This document shows positions 13,078-24,361 of a stretch of DNA of 64,000 bases, piece after piece. The notes under the pieces were generated by a model that saw nothing but the letters and a program-made list of their open reading frames with translations, searched no databases and was not told where the DNA came from. How positions within the stretch are numbered: position 1 is the stretch's first letter; each line of letters starts with the position of its first letter. Both the position numbers and the translations under genes were made by a program. Origin of the DNA: Basidiobolus meristosporus CBS 931.73 (taxonomy: Eukaryota > Fungi > Basidiobolomycota); assembly GCA_002104905.1 (NCBI GenBank), contig MCFE01000418.1, positions 14,268-78,267 on the forward strand, in the 5' to 3' direction.

Positions 13078-13774
13078 TGTTGTACAAGCTTGTAGTTCCA
13101 CCTAAATATTCAACTAACTTAGTCACTTAGATCATTACCTTCAAATCCTAGAGAATACCAACCAAAATCTTTGTTGGGATTTACTTAGAATATTTTCAGC
13201 AAAATATCAGGTACCTAGAACATGAAAATCCACAAAGTTGCTCAAACTGTTGTAAGAGTCTTGGAGATATTGGAAGTGATTTGGGAGAACAAGTAGATTA
13301 TGTGGTTTTCACTTAATGATATATTGAATGTAAAAGTAGTATTTATACTTTTACCAGGTCTTGGCATTACAAACACGTAGAATAGGTTAAGGAAGGTCCC
13401 AAGAACATGTGTGCAAAGTTTGGGCTGTTTAGACAACTTTGAGAATTTTCATGTTCTGGGTACCTGGTATTTTGGTGAGAATAGTCTAAGTAAATCCCAA
13501 CAAGGAGTTTGGTCAGTATTCTCTAGGATTTGAGGGTAATGATCTAAGTGACTAAGTTCGGTGAATATTTAGGTGGAATTACAAATTTTTATAACACAAA
13601 CAGCCTCAAATTTTGCACACATGCTCTTGGGACCTTTTGCAATCAATTCTACATGTTTATTATGCCAAGCCCAGGTAAAAGTATAAATACTACTTTTATA
13701 TTCAATAAATCATTAAGCAAAAAGCGCATAATCTATTAGTTCTCCCAATAAATTTCCCCAAGACTCTTACAATA
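13078..13774 (+). repeat. Copia solo LTR (outer) split by a second solo LTR
   Basis: Matches the LTR at 46110-46458 in two halves. Flanks TGTAA/TGTAT (4/5 TSD match). Confidence 0.85.
13248..13596 (-). repeat. Copia solo LTR (inner, inverted)
   Basis: 349-bp reverse-complement copy of the same LTR with a perfect 5-bp TSD CAAAC (13243-13247, 13597-13601). Confidence 0.92.
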
Positions 13775-16449
13775 TGTATGACCATTCCTTTCACCTCAAG
13801 CTAAATGAGCCATTTGTAATATCTTGCCAAGTATCTCAGATCTCACCAGTATTGCAGAGTATCTGCTACCCTAAGTACTTCTCATGGGCTCTTGTCAATA
13901 CTCATACATATGTGCAACAATACAAGTGCAAGGACTGGATGAACTGGGTATGTATTTATTCAAGTGGCCTTCTGAAGCCATTGCTGCCCAGAGTACATTG
14001 GAAGCATTGAGATTCATATGTGGACATTGTAAGAGTATTTATTCTAAAGCGGATCACCAATGCCAACTTGACACATCTACAGCTTTTGTACAAGGGATTT
14101 ATGATAGGATTTGAGCAGCCATACTACAAACATAAAGCTGAATGTGTAGATCTCTGCCACTGCTGTATCCATTTGCTAATCCATCTTGCTTGGTGTGTGG
14201 AGAATATTGGACATTGCTTCACCTTTTGGGAGTTTCCTATGGAGCAGATGTGTGGGGAGATAGGAAGACCAGTCAAGTTGCAGGTACTACCATATCCCAT
14301 TCTCATCAAGAATATTACTTTCAAGTCTGTCATAGTTGTGATAAGTTGGCACCTGGAGGACAGCTAGGAAGAGTTAGAAAGTACTGAGGACATATGTGCG
14401 CATGGAGACACCTATGCCAATGGCATTAAGTAGCTAAGCAGCCCCAATGCATGGGTAATTAGTTAAGTAATGCAAAGTTGAGTTGGATGCTGCAATCAAC
14501 AAATTTTTTATTAGGAAAACTCTACCAAAGTATTCAAGGTTTCTCTTGGTTACAAGACAACCGCTGTAGTGGGGTGACAGTGACACCCACTGACAGATGT
14601 GCTCATTCCCTTATTTTCTACTTCTCTATATCTCTACTACACTAATTTTAGTTTTATCCCATTTGTCTTACCCAATCATTACTATCCCATAAGCCAGTTG
14701 AGTATCACACCTGCTTACCTTATTGCATAAGTTACCCCTCACTTTGTGTAAGAATACTAGCTATAAGTGCTTCTATATTAGACAAGTACCTGCCCCAGTA
14801 CCCGTGACACATGATCAACCCATGCCACCATCCCTACCATTTCCACACCATATATGGTATCCCTATGTTACACAGGTTTCAGAATACTGATACCTGATTG
14901 GTTGGATGTGCTGTGCCTCTTAGAACCTTCTGGCACCTATTTAGAACATTCTTAGGTCATTCTGATGTCATTAAGATTTCTATAGATATCTGGGACCTTC
15001 TGGAACACCATGATTAGTAATCACTTAGCCAGTAAGAAAAGTATATAAGGGAGGCTATCCCCCAACAATAAATCATCATCCCTTTTATCAATATACCAAC
15101 TTGTTGATCAGTGTGATCACTGCTACCTGAACTTCCAACCACAGGACACTCCCAGGAAACTGCGCTGATAGCCAACTGACCTTGGAGGCCCTACTTGTGA
15201 GGAATACTCAGAGTAGGTATCTTTTATTATATTGGATTCTTTCCCAAGTTTGTTCTTGTACAGGCAAAGATACTTTTCTGTCTTTGTAACTATTGACCAC
15301 AGCTGCATTCTTATCAAGTCCCTGCTGGTGGAGTTTACAGTTGTTTTGACTTTGGAAGCTTTAGTACATTGTCATCTCAAAGGACGCTGAACCCAGCACA
15401 TACTTTTGTTAAGACGCCAACTAAGTTGGGGATTGTAGCTCAATAGTTTTCCCTTGACAAGCTTGTGGCTTTATTACCCTTCACATTAGATAAGAAACAG
15501 AACCCAAGTATTCCTAGCAAGCTTTTGCCAGAGGTTATTGCACCCAGTGAACACCCCACACACAAAACACTTGAGAAGTGTTGGACGTATATCTCCCTTG
15601 GACCTATTCACTACCACACCGCCACTCAATACAGAATTTGCATAAACAAAAGCCAGAGTGCACCTATAAGGGGGACTAGAATCCAGCTGGGAGAAGGAGC
15701 ATATTGGCTGAATACCAAAAAGTTATTTGCAGATATTCAGGAGGTATTCTTGGCAGAAGTGGTGGCAACCAAGCATATGTTTGCAAGATGTATATGTTGC
15801 CAGCAATACAAGGTATATGGCAACTTTGCAAGTATTGCACTAAAAAGCTGTAAAGCTGAGGTGATAAAGTATGTCAAATGCAGCAGGTGTGCACATTTGT
15901 AGAGTTTAGTAAGCTAGAGGCCATATATTTTTTTTGATTTGAATTATATGTGGAATACCCAAGGTAGTAGTGGGTAAGCAAATAAAGAGAGGTGATTCTA
16001 CAGTGGAATATATGAATAGTGCAAGGGGAGGTAGAACAGGGAATTCCATTTGGTAAATTGGTATGGTAGCATTATACAGAATTAGCTGTAGGCCACCATA
16101 CTGCCATGATAATGCCATCAGAGGCTTGCAATAAAGCCATCAAAACATCAAGTTTCTTACCATATAAGGCAATTGGATGTACTAACCAGTTAGATCCATG
16201 CAAACAGTTGTAAAGTTCATTAAGAATGCAGCATTACCATGCAACCCTTGGCAAAACATTGCCTAAACACCATCATGTTTTTTAACCTTATTTGGTGGTA
16301 AAATTAGCCAAATGCTGTTATGATCCCATCATAAGATTGTGTTGTGTCATTAATTCCAAGGTGCCAGTATTATAATGGTCTTTTGACGGGATCCTGACAG
16401 CTGATCTGGATTGGATCCACCCTGCAAGACAAAAATATTTTTCATAGGG
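13775..16449 (+). mobile_element. CACTA/EnSpm remnant, copy 2 (3' half)
   Basis: Aligns by eye to copy 1 (YKCKDWMNW, WEFPMEQMCG) and ends in the same ...TTTTCATAGGG terminus. Interrupted at 14565-15618. Confidence 0.8.
14565..15618 (+). mobile_element. 1054-bp TG...CA insertion with 4-bp TSD (probable solo LTR of another family)
   Basis: TGTAGTGG...CTACCACA with CCGC duplicated (14561-14564, 15619-15622). Internal TATATAAG (~15042) and AATAAA (~15067). The CACTA sequence is continuous across it. Confidence 0.75.
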
Positions 16450-16899
16450 TATTAGCCAGAACCTTTCTGCTAATATTTCTGCCACTCTCTGTCAATTCTA
16501 AGATTCTGCACTTAATTGTCCCTTTGGTTAAGCTAAGCTATTCAAGAGCTTTTAGTACACCTTTCTCTTTGATACAACAATGATTGAACAAAATGGGTTG
16601 GTAGGTGTATATACATAATGCACAACATGTCATCAATTAATAGCTGAGACACTTTTGTAGAGGCCTCTAATTGGCATATTTCTTCTTTACCCACAAGTGA
16701 GTCTGTGTTATGGCAGTAGTACATTGTGCAGTCACACCTAATGAGATAAAAGCTGACACATTTGACCATACTATGTATGATTTGCAAACATACCGTACAG
16801 ATCAAATTTGATCAGTGGTATAACACCTATTTATATGAGTGGTTAAACTGAATAGAAGTGTTGGGAGTACTCAGCCTTATGTGCCTCCTATGTCCTTTA

Positions 16900-17600
16900 A
16901 CAGTGCATTCATGCTATGGATCTGAGAAAAAACAAAGCATATATCACTTGCATTTGGCAGCTAGTAGGGCAAATGAAAATCCCCTATCACTGTTCTACCA
17001 TCATGTATAACAAATACAAGGGTGCCAGTTCAAGCTAGGAGCTCCCACTGCTTGGGAGTCTGATGTTATTATGGAGAAGGGGCATGTTTCTGGTACAAAT
17101 ATGGAGCAACTTCCAATTCTTGGTCTCTAAACTCAGTCAAGTCCTCCAGCAGGACTTGCACTGTCAGCTAAATATCCCAGATATTTCCACCTGCTCCTTA
17201 CAGGATGCATGCATATATTGAGTTATAACCGCAATAGCCTTTCTGCATAGTAACTAGGTGTGCAACACTCTGTGAGATCCAATGAAACGTAAGTGGCTTG
17301 CCATTGGCTGGTCTGCCAGCAACATAAAAAGAAGTTACATTGGTTTTGTGCAAGTATGGTAGCCCCTAGGAGTGCCCATTTTGATAAAGGAAAACTGGTT
17401 AGCATGGGAGATTGCTTGTAAGACTGCACTCCAGATGCTTAAGGATGGTTCCATCAAGCTGGCGTACCTCAGTGTACCAGATTAAAGAGCAGAACTTATA
17501 GTCAACATAGGGCTGTACTATTGGAGACGTACTTGGTCAGGGTCTAGTATCATGGAGCAGCAGTGGCTAGAATTGGATGGCCATAGGCCACAACTATGAG
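16900..17600 (-). mobile_element. Possible decayed RT remnant
   Basis: Minus-strand fragments ATYVSLDLTEC and a frameshifted VEYLGYL resemble RT motifs. Very degraded. Confidence 0.25.
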
Positions 17601-18181
17601 TGTTGACCACGGTACGATATTACCCGACTGCACGACGTTTTAGCCACATGAGTGGTAATGTCAACGCGCATTCTACCAAACCTCACAAATCGTATCTATG
17701 AAGCAACACGTCGAAGTCTCGTCGAGAGCGATGGATCGGGAGGAGGTGGTGTCCGATGGTTCCACTCGTATCTCCCCCGACCAGGGACGGTCATCCCGTG
17801 ATCTGGATGGGATATGGCCTGCCATCTCGTATATCTGAAACGACGATATGACACGCACATGACACACTGCTGAAATGATCCCTCGCGTGGTGGCTGATGC
17901 GCCCGCCTCCAAGGTACGATGGGAGTCCACAAACCCGATCCATCCTGCGATAGCCCGTGCATTCGTCCAGCCGACGAATACACCATTCATTTCCATTCAT
18001 CTGGATGCATCGGGCTGAGCCACCCAGCTGCGAATGCCCCTCTGAAACGGAGTTTCACCGGATGTTGCGAGGGAGGGTCGCTACGCGTGCGAGAACAGTT
18101 ATTCGGACGCATAAATACCAGGGCCTCCAAGGAGTCCACCCATCCCACTTCCACCCACCTCCTTCGACTTCCACCAGCAGC

Positions 18182-18790
18182 ATGAGACTCGTCGCCACCA
18201 CCGCACTCTTCGTCCTGGCCTTCAGCCAGATCGCCACCGCGGCCAGCGTGGCCGGATTGAACGAGGCTGGTGATGAGAGTGCCAACATCGATCCCAGCTT
18301 CCGGGACTACGTGCCAAACTTCGGAGGGTTCAAGTCGGCAACGAAGAACCTGGCCTCGAGAACATACGGCATAGCCTCCCGGATCACCAAGGGGATCGGC
18401 AGCGGCCTAGGATACTTCCTTGGTGGCTCCGGGGCCCGTGGGAACTCCGGAGGTCGGGCTCGCGGGGCGATCGAGGGGGACATGGGCCGCGGCATCGGCC
18501 CCCAGATGGCAGGGAACTTCCGTGGAAGCGGAAAAGGCAACCTCGCCGATATCGTCGGTGGGAAGATCGATGGTGGTGGAAAGGGATCGGGCGGATTGAA
18601 CTTCGGCAAAGCCCCCCGCAAGGGGATCAAGTTTGTTCCCCCCGTGGCCGGCGCGAAAGTGGGGGATTTCAAGGAGGGACTTGAATCGGCCAAAGGAAAG
18701 CCGGTCGTCTTACCCGTCAAGCTGGGCAAGGTAACCAAGGCGGCGAAGGCGATCGGCCATTCTGCCCCCAAGCCCAAGGCTGCCCCTTAG
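18182..18790 (+). CDS. Secreted glycine-rich protein, paralog A (202 aa)
   Basis: Signal-peptide-like MRLVATTALFVLAFSQIATA. Upstream CATAAATA TATA-like box (~18110). Gly-rich core shared with 19322-19915 and 20211-20624. Confidence 0.85.
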   Translation: MRLVATTALFVLAFSQIATAASVAGLNEAGDESANIDPSFRDYVPNFGGFKSATKNLASRTYGIASRITKGIGSGLGYFLGGSGARGNSGGRARGAIEGDMGRGIGPQMAGNFRGSGKGNLADIVGGKIDGGGKGSGGLNFGKAPRKGIKFVPPVAGAKVGDFKEGLESAKGKPVVLPVKLGKVTKAAKAIGHSAPKPKAAP

Positions 18791-19321
18791 AATCCGTTGT
18801 TCATGTACATGAATATAGAGCTTCCTAGATCACAGTGTATTAAATAAACTACGCCCCCCTTTATTGAGAATTGTTGTGCATATCCTAAGCCACTATGGCC
18901 ACATTGCTATGATGGTGTGCGGTTATCAGACAGTCCAACGGATGGGATGATGGTGTGCGATTATCAAAGACAGTCCAACGGATGGGATAATTGTAAGTTC
19001 AGGAAACGCCATGTGTGTTCTACTTGGCTTGTAGGCGAACGTTGATGAAAACACATGAGCCTTGGTTGTTAGTAGATCACCGCAACTAGGATGCCCGGCC
19101 ACATCAGTAGCAAACAATTGATTTGACTGGTGAGAACAGCCATTAGCATGGCTCCACATGAGCAACAAGCATCGCCAAGTATTCCTGACTACACGTGGAG
19201 TGATCCCTTCCCCAGAAGGAAGGCCAATAAGCGCGAGATGAGATAAATGCAAACACTGAAACCAAGATTAAGTGGAGAACCAGTTTTTATTGAAGAACTT
19301 GAAGATTCTAATGCGGGGAAC

Positions 19322-19915
19322 TTAAGCCTCGTATTCAGGCTCAGCCTCAGCATAACCAGCGCCATCCCCATCGCCGCCACCACGAACGGGTTGAACAGCG
19401 CGGATTGGTTGAATCGCGGGGCCACCGTAACCGCTAGCCCAGTCAAGTCCTTCATTGTAGTCATCATTCTTGTAACCAAGCACAGGGGCGTCAACCTTGA
19501 GTCCGCCACGGTAGCGGTTACCGAAACCTAATCCTCCAGATCCCTTACCTCCACCCTTGATCTCCCCTCCGAGAATGTCCTTGAAGTTACCGGCTCCCTT
19601 ACCGCGGAAGTTACCGGCGAAGCCAGTACCAAAACCGCGTCCGAAGTCACCTTCGAGGGCACCGCGAGCGCGACCTCCGAAGGAGCCTCCGATACCAGAG
19701 CCGTCCAGGACATGTCCAAGACCACTTCCAACACCGACGGCAATTCTCTTACCGAGTCTACCGGCGTATCTTCCAATGGAGTTACCGATGTCGCCGAAAC
19801 CGAATTCCTCGGTGGTGGCAGCTTCCTCGCCGACCTCATTAATGTTCACGCTGTATGCGAAAGCGGTATGGCTGGCAGCGAGGGCAACAAGACCGGTGGC
19901 AACGATGAATCTCAT
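19322..19915 (-). CDS. Secreted glycine-rich protein, paralog B (197 aa)
   Basis: Signal-peptide-like MRFIVATGLVALAASHTAFA. Core GSGLG..L.GSG..G..GGRARGA.EGD.GRG.G...AGNFRG.G.GN..DI.GG.I.GGGKGSGGL.FG shared with paralog A. Confidence 0.85.
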   Translation of the reverse strand: MRFIVATGLVALAASHTAFAYSVNINEVGEEAATTEEFGFGDIGNSIGRYAGRLGKRIAVGVGSGLGHVLDGSGIGGSFGGRARGALEGDFGRGFGTGFAGNFRGKGAGNFKDILGGEIKGGGKGSGGLGFGNRYRGGLKVDAPVLGYKNDDYNEGLDWASGYGGPAIQPIRAVQPVRGGGDGDGAGYAEAEPEYEA

Positions 19916-20210
19916 GATGTCGGAAGATGGAGAGGAAGTGGAAGAGTGTGAGGGATGAGGAATACTGGAGCGAGTGGCCCCCTTTTTAAAGAGATTCCGG
20001 CCACCGTCTGAAACGCATTATGAATCAGGGGCTGCAGCTTTCAGAATGGGATACTTGAAATGTTCCCTCTGTCACACACTCTGTTTGAGCCCCTGACCGG
20101 GATCCTATGCGATGGATCTGGCTCCTTGTTACAGACAATGGCAACATAGCATATGGGTATAAAGCCCGTACTACCCTGGATCTATCCATTCCCATCCTAC
20201 CTCTGCCACC

Positions 20211-20624
20211 ATGAGATCCTTCACCGCCATCACTCTTGCAGCCATAGCACTCAGCCAAGTTGCTGTGGCACTTCCACAGGATGTTGCGGAAGGTACTGTC
20301 GACGCCAGCACCCAGGACTCCGCCCTTTATATCGGCGGCGGCCTGGGGAGCAGAATTGGCAGATATCTCCGGGACAACATCTCTGTTGACGGCTCAGGAG
20401 CCATCGGTGGAGTAGGCCAAGGTGCGTTCAGAAGTCACCACATCCCGGGATTGAGAGGATCCATCAATGGGAACTTCGGAGCCACTGGTGCCGGTTCCCT
20501 CAGGGATGGCCTGTTCCGTGGGGACGGGGACATTGGAGGCGGTGGCTCAGGTAGGATCGGGGTGGGCAAAGGATACAACGGGGCTGATGATTACGATGCG
20601 GTTGACCCCTTGGATTACGAATAA
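20211..20624 (+). CDS. Secreted glycine-rich protein, paralog C (137 aa)
   Basis: Signal-peptide-like MRSFTAITLAAIALSQVAVA. A more diverged copy of the same Gly-rich core. Confidence 0.8.
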   Translation: MRSFTAITLAAIALSQVAVALPQDVAEGTVDASTQDSALYIGGGLGSRIGRYLRDNISVDGSGAIGGVGQGAFRSHHIPGLRGSINGNFGATGAGSLRDGLFRGDGDIGGGGSGRIGVGKGYNGADDYDAVDPLDYE

Positions 20625-20906
20625 TGTTTCCATTTTTACGGATTACGAATAGTGTTTCCATACGAAATAAACCGATGGCGACTAACCCTAACCCCCTCCC
20701 CTCCACCTCATACATCCATTCGGCATTGCTGAGAATGATTAATTTATTTGGAACTATGGTTGTGCTCAATACGTGGTCGTAAGGCGAATGTTACATGAAT
20801 CTAGAATATGATGATGTTAAAGAGCAGTGTGACGCATGTGCTGGTGAACGCATATTCGGCAGTTAGAACTCAAAAATCGGTGGGGTGAATGAGCAGGTTT
20901 GGCTGT

Positions 20907-22150
20907 CTACTTTCTGTTCAAGACACGCTTGGCGACTTGAGCAATGATGTCGGTGGTGGGAAGGGAGAGGTCTTCCAAAGGCTTGGCGTAAGGCATAGGA
21001 ACATCGGCGCCGGTGACTCTCTCGACCGGGGCATCGAGGTAGTCGAAGGCCTCGGATTCCATGATCTGGGCACAGATCTCGGAACCGACACCGAATTGAG
21101 GCCAGCCACCCTCGATGGTGATGAGACGGTTGGTCTTCTTGACCGACTTGATGATGGTGTCGATGTCCAAAGGACGGATAGAACGCAGGTTGATGACTTC
21201 GGCGTTGATGCCCTCCTTGGCGAGGAGTTCGGCGGCGGCCAAAGCATCACCAACCGGCTTGGAGTGAGCAACCAAGGTGACGTCGGTACCTTCGCGCTCG
21301 ACCTTGGCCTTGCCGATTTCGATCACGAAATCCTTGTCAAGAGCCTCCTCAGAGATGTCGAAGGATGAGCCGTACATGATTTCGTTCTCGAGGAAGACGA
21401 CTGGGTTAGGATCACGGATAGCAGCCTTCAAGAGACCTCTGCAGTCCTCGGAGTTCCAGGGGGAGATAACCTTGAGACCTGGAACGGAACCGTACCAAGC
21501 GGCATAGCATTGGGAGTGCTGAGCAGCCACACCAGCAGCAGCGCCGTTAGGGCCACGGAAGACAATGGGGCATTGGACTTGGCCACCAGACATGTAGTGG
21601 GTCTTGGCAGCGGAGTTGACAATGTGATCAATAGCTTGCATGGCGAAGTTAAAGGTCATGAACTCAACCACAGGCTTGAGTCCACTCAAGGCACTACCAA
21701 CGGCAATACCGGCGAACCCGGCTTCAGTGATGGGGGTATCGATGATACGCTTGGGGCCGAATTTGTCCAAAAGTCCCTTGGAAACCTAGAAATACCATTC
21801 GCTTAGTAAGACGCGGGTGAAAAACACCGAGCAGAAGCCCGTGGCGTACCTTGTAGGCGCCGTTGTATTGAGCAACTTCTTCACCCATGAGATAGACCTT
21901 GTCATCTCTGGTCAACTCTTCCTCCAAAGCAGAGTTAAGAGCATCACGAACAGTAATCTGAACAGCGAACGGTTAGGGTCGGACTGCGGCAAGCAAAGGG
22001 GGAAGAACATACCTGCTTGGTGGCAGTGGAGTTGAAACGGGCCTGGGCAAAGAGTCTTCCGGTGTTGCAGGCAGCACCCAAAGCGAGCTTTCTGGTGTTG
22101 GCCTGAACGGAGCTTCTAGCCACAGAGGTAAGTGCAGTGCGGAACAACAT
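20907..22150 (-). CDS. PDB1: Pyruvate dehydrogenase E1 beta subunit, mitochondrial (3 exons, ~374 aa)
   Basis: Exons 22150-22013, 21957-21850 and 21785-20907 with GT-AG introns. [59 protein letters not shown] and FRGPNG motifs. Arg/Ser-rich presequence. Confidence 0.97.
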
Positions 22151-22689
22151 TTGTATGATAGGGAGAGGGGATGACAGCAGAGGCAGGAAGCCGATGACGA
22201 AGATAAGTAATTGAGTGAATGGGATTTTTTTCTGCTCCGAGTTCGCCTTGGCTTCACCCCCACTGGACATTTTTAACCAAATTGCCAAATTGGTCAGGAT
22301 CGGATTAACCAGGCGAACCAAATTCACCTGTGCCCTCCTTATCCTTGTGCCCGATTTACTGCTCCCCACAGATGCAGTGGGAGAAAATGGGGTAGAATGT
22401 GGCTTGCGAGTATGAGGCTGATTCAACCCTGATCTCCCATCCTGATCTCGAATTTCCTTTCCAATGAATCCCTTGGTGATGGTTCACCAGCATCCCAAAT
22501 TGGGGGGACTGTGCCACAGGACTGAGGCTTGGAATGATCAGAGTTGCAAAAGCCCCAATGTTCGTCGCGTGAGTGGGGAAACGCAGATAATCTAAGCTGC
22601 GATAATCATCGCCAGCAAATAGTGTTTTCTCCCAAGCCTCATCACCGGGCTTTATTCTCAAGAGATTGTAACATTCACGTTCGACAGGA

Positions 22690-22905
22690 CTGATATTGAA
22701 TGGTTTACTAGCTAGACTGATCCGATATTGAGTGGTCTTCTAGCTAAACTGATCTGATATTGAATGGCTACTCTACTGATATTGAGTGGTCTTCTAGCTA
22801 AACTGATCTGATATTGAATGGCTACTCTACTGATATTTCGGGGTCTATTCGATTGATATTTCAACGGTCTACCGATACTTCGTGGATCTCAATGGCCTAC
22901 CGATA
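22690..22905. repeat. Degenerate minisatellite including a ~52-bp tandem duplication
   Basis: gatattgagtggtcttctagctaaactgatctgatattgaatggctactctact occurs twice, plus related GATATT/GATACT-core units. Confidence 0.75.
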
Positions 22906-22958
22906 CTTCTTGGTCTAGCGTAGGCATTGCGATTCATTAGAGTAGGTATTGCGATCCA

Positions 22959-23660
22959 TTAGAGTAGGCAGGCGCGAACGGGGATCCCAAGAAGGTTGAG
23001 ATTAAGGTTGATCAGACGGTTGCAGTTTTGCTGTGGCTGGGTGCTGGGTGAGGGGGATGGACTAGCGGTTGGGCTGGGGGTAGTGGTGGGTGTGGTTCCA
23101 TCCCCACCGTTGTTTGGATTTCCACCACCAGTGTTGGGATTGTCGGTGTCTTTGGGACTGTCATCCTTACTATCTTTTGGGTTTCCATCGTCCTTGGAGC
23201 CATTGGATCCGGAGTCACCATCGGCGTCTTTGGCATCACCACCGTCATTGCTTGAGTTGTTCCCTCCCTTGCCATCCTTGCCGTTTGTAGGCTCTCCATC
23301 TGAACCTTTCCCTCCATTCCCGTTCCCACTTGATTTGCCTGCCCCATGATCCCCTGGGCCCATACCAGTGTAGTTTGGTTTTCTACCGATCCAGCCCGCT
23401 AGCACTGGGGACCCGCGATCATGGCCGTAGTTAGGTCCGTGTGCGGAAGGTATCCTGAATCTTCTGTTCGAGGCCGCCTCCTTGGTCCTGCTAAGCCACT
23501 GGTCGAAATTCTTGATGGAGAATTTGTTACGCAACGGCCTCATGGCGCTCCTGGCGGTGGACACCATCCTACCGGGGGCCTTCGATTGGGTGGACTCGAT
23601 GACGGCGGACTGCACGATGTTGGAGGCCAGCAGAACGGATATAGCGAGGAGTAGCTTCAT
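22959..23660 (-). CDS. Secreted Gly/Asp- and Pro/Thr-rich protein with a two-Cys hydrophobic C-terminal tag (233 aa)
   Basis: Signal-peptide-like MKLLLAISVLLASNIVQS. Single exon. Ends NCNRLINLNLNLLGIPVRACLL. Confidence 0.8.
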   Translation of the reverse strand: MKLLLAISVLLASNIVQSAVIESTQSKAPGRMVSTARSAMRPLRNKFSIKNFDQWLSRTKEAASNRRFRIPSAHGPNYGHDRGSPVLAGWIGRKPNYTGMGPGDHGAGKSSGNGNGGKGSDGEPTNGKDGKGGNNSSNDGGDAKDADGDSGSNGSKDDGNPKDSKDDSPKDTDNPNTGGGNPNNGGDGTTPTTTPSPTASPSPSPSTQPQQNCNRLINLNLNLLGIPVRACLL

Positions 23661-24361
23661 TTCAAATAGATGGAGGATTTTGTTGGTCTGGTGGAGCCCG
23701 GGATCGCACTATATAGGGCCCACTCCACAGCCGACGACAATCCTCCGAGCAAGGGAATGCTCCGGCTGGATGCAAATACTCGGACGATCCCACTCGCTCT
23801 TGGGCCTCGTCGGTTGTTTACACTTGACAACAAACCATGCATCCGCCGTCCGCGAATTCAACACCCGTCAGTTTCAGGATGATCTGCCGTCCAGCGGGAT
23901 GAATTTGGGATTTCGCCCGAGTATCAAACACCTACCCACCAATTGGAACCATAACGCCTTGAAGCGCTCAGTTCGCCCATGAAACGTCCGTTTTCTACGG
24001 ATCTCCGCTCCTTTCATAGTGGATGCTCCATTTGCTTCATATTAGGCAACATGTGGACAAGATGTGGGTGGTCTATAGCCAAGTTTGTTTAGCTCATGGC
24101 GTGTACAGTAGACTAGGATTACAGGCTTTTACAGGTAACTTCACCAGTAAGGGATGAAACGGGAACAGTTAACAGAGGGTGTCACGTGCTTTACAGAATG
24201 GATTACACAGGGACATGCGCTTTGTAAGGAAGTAAATAACATAATGAAAGCTTGATGTATAAGTACAAGTGAGAGAAGTAAGGGAAGGGTGAAGAAGGAA
24301 AGGAAGGGTGAGGGTGAGGGTGAGAAGGGGATGCAAAGGTGGATCAGTTGTTGGACAAGAG

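Noticed and set aside
17957-18181. 75-aa N-terminal extension of secreted paralog A (and the 53-aa extension of 53015-53956)
   Set aside because: The signal peptide and TATA-like box point to the downstream ATGs (18182 and 53797).
18905-19000. ~37-bp tandem duplication between paralogs A and B
   Set aside because: Only two copies and no associated structure; likely local slippage in TE debris.
21970-21980. Isolated GGTTAGGG matches inside genes (also ~28178)
   Set aside because: They coincide with intron branch-point (CTAAC) or donor sequences, so they are not interstitial telomeres.
18055-23982. Long antisense/overlapping ORFs (e.g. 18307-18777, 19557-19958, 20889-21368, 23482-23982; also 31517-32281, 53051-53902)
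   Set aside because: Shadow frames of GC-rich, codon-biased real genes on the opposite strand.
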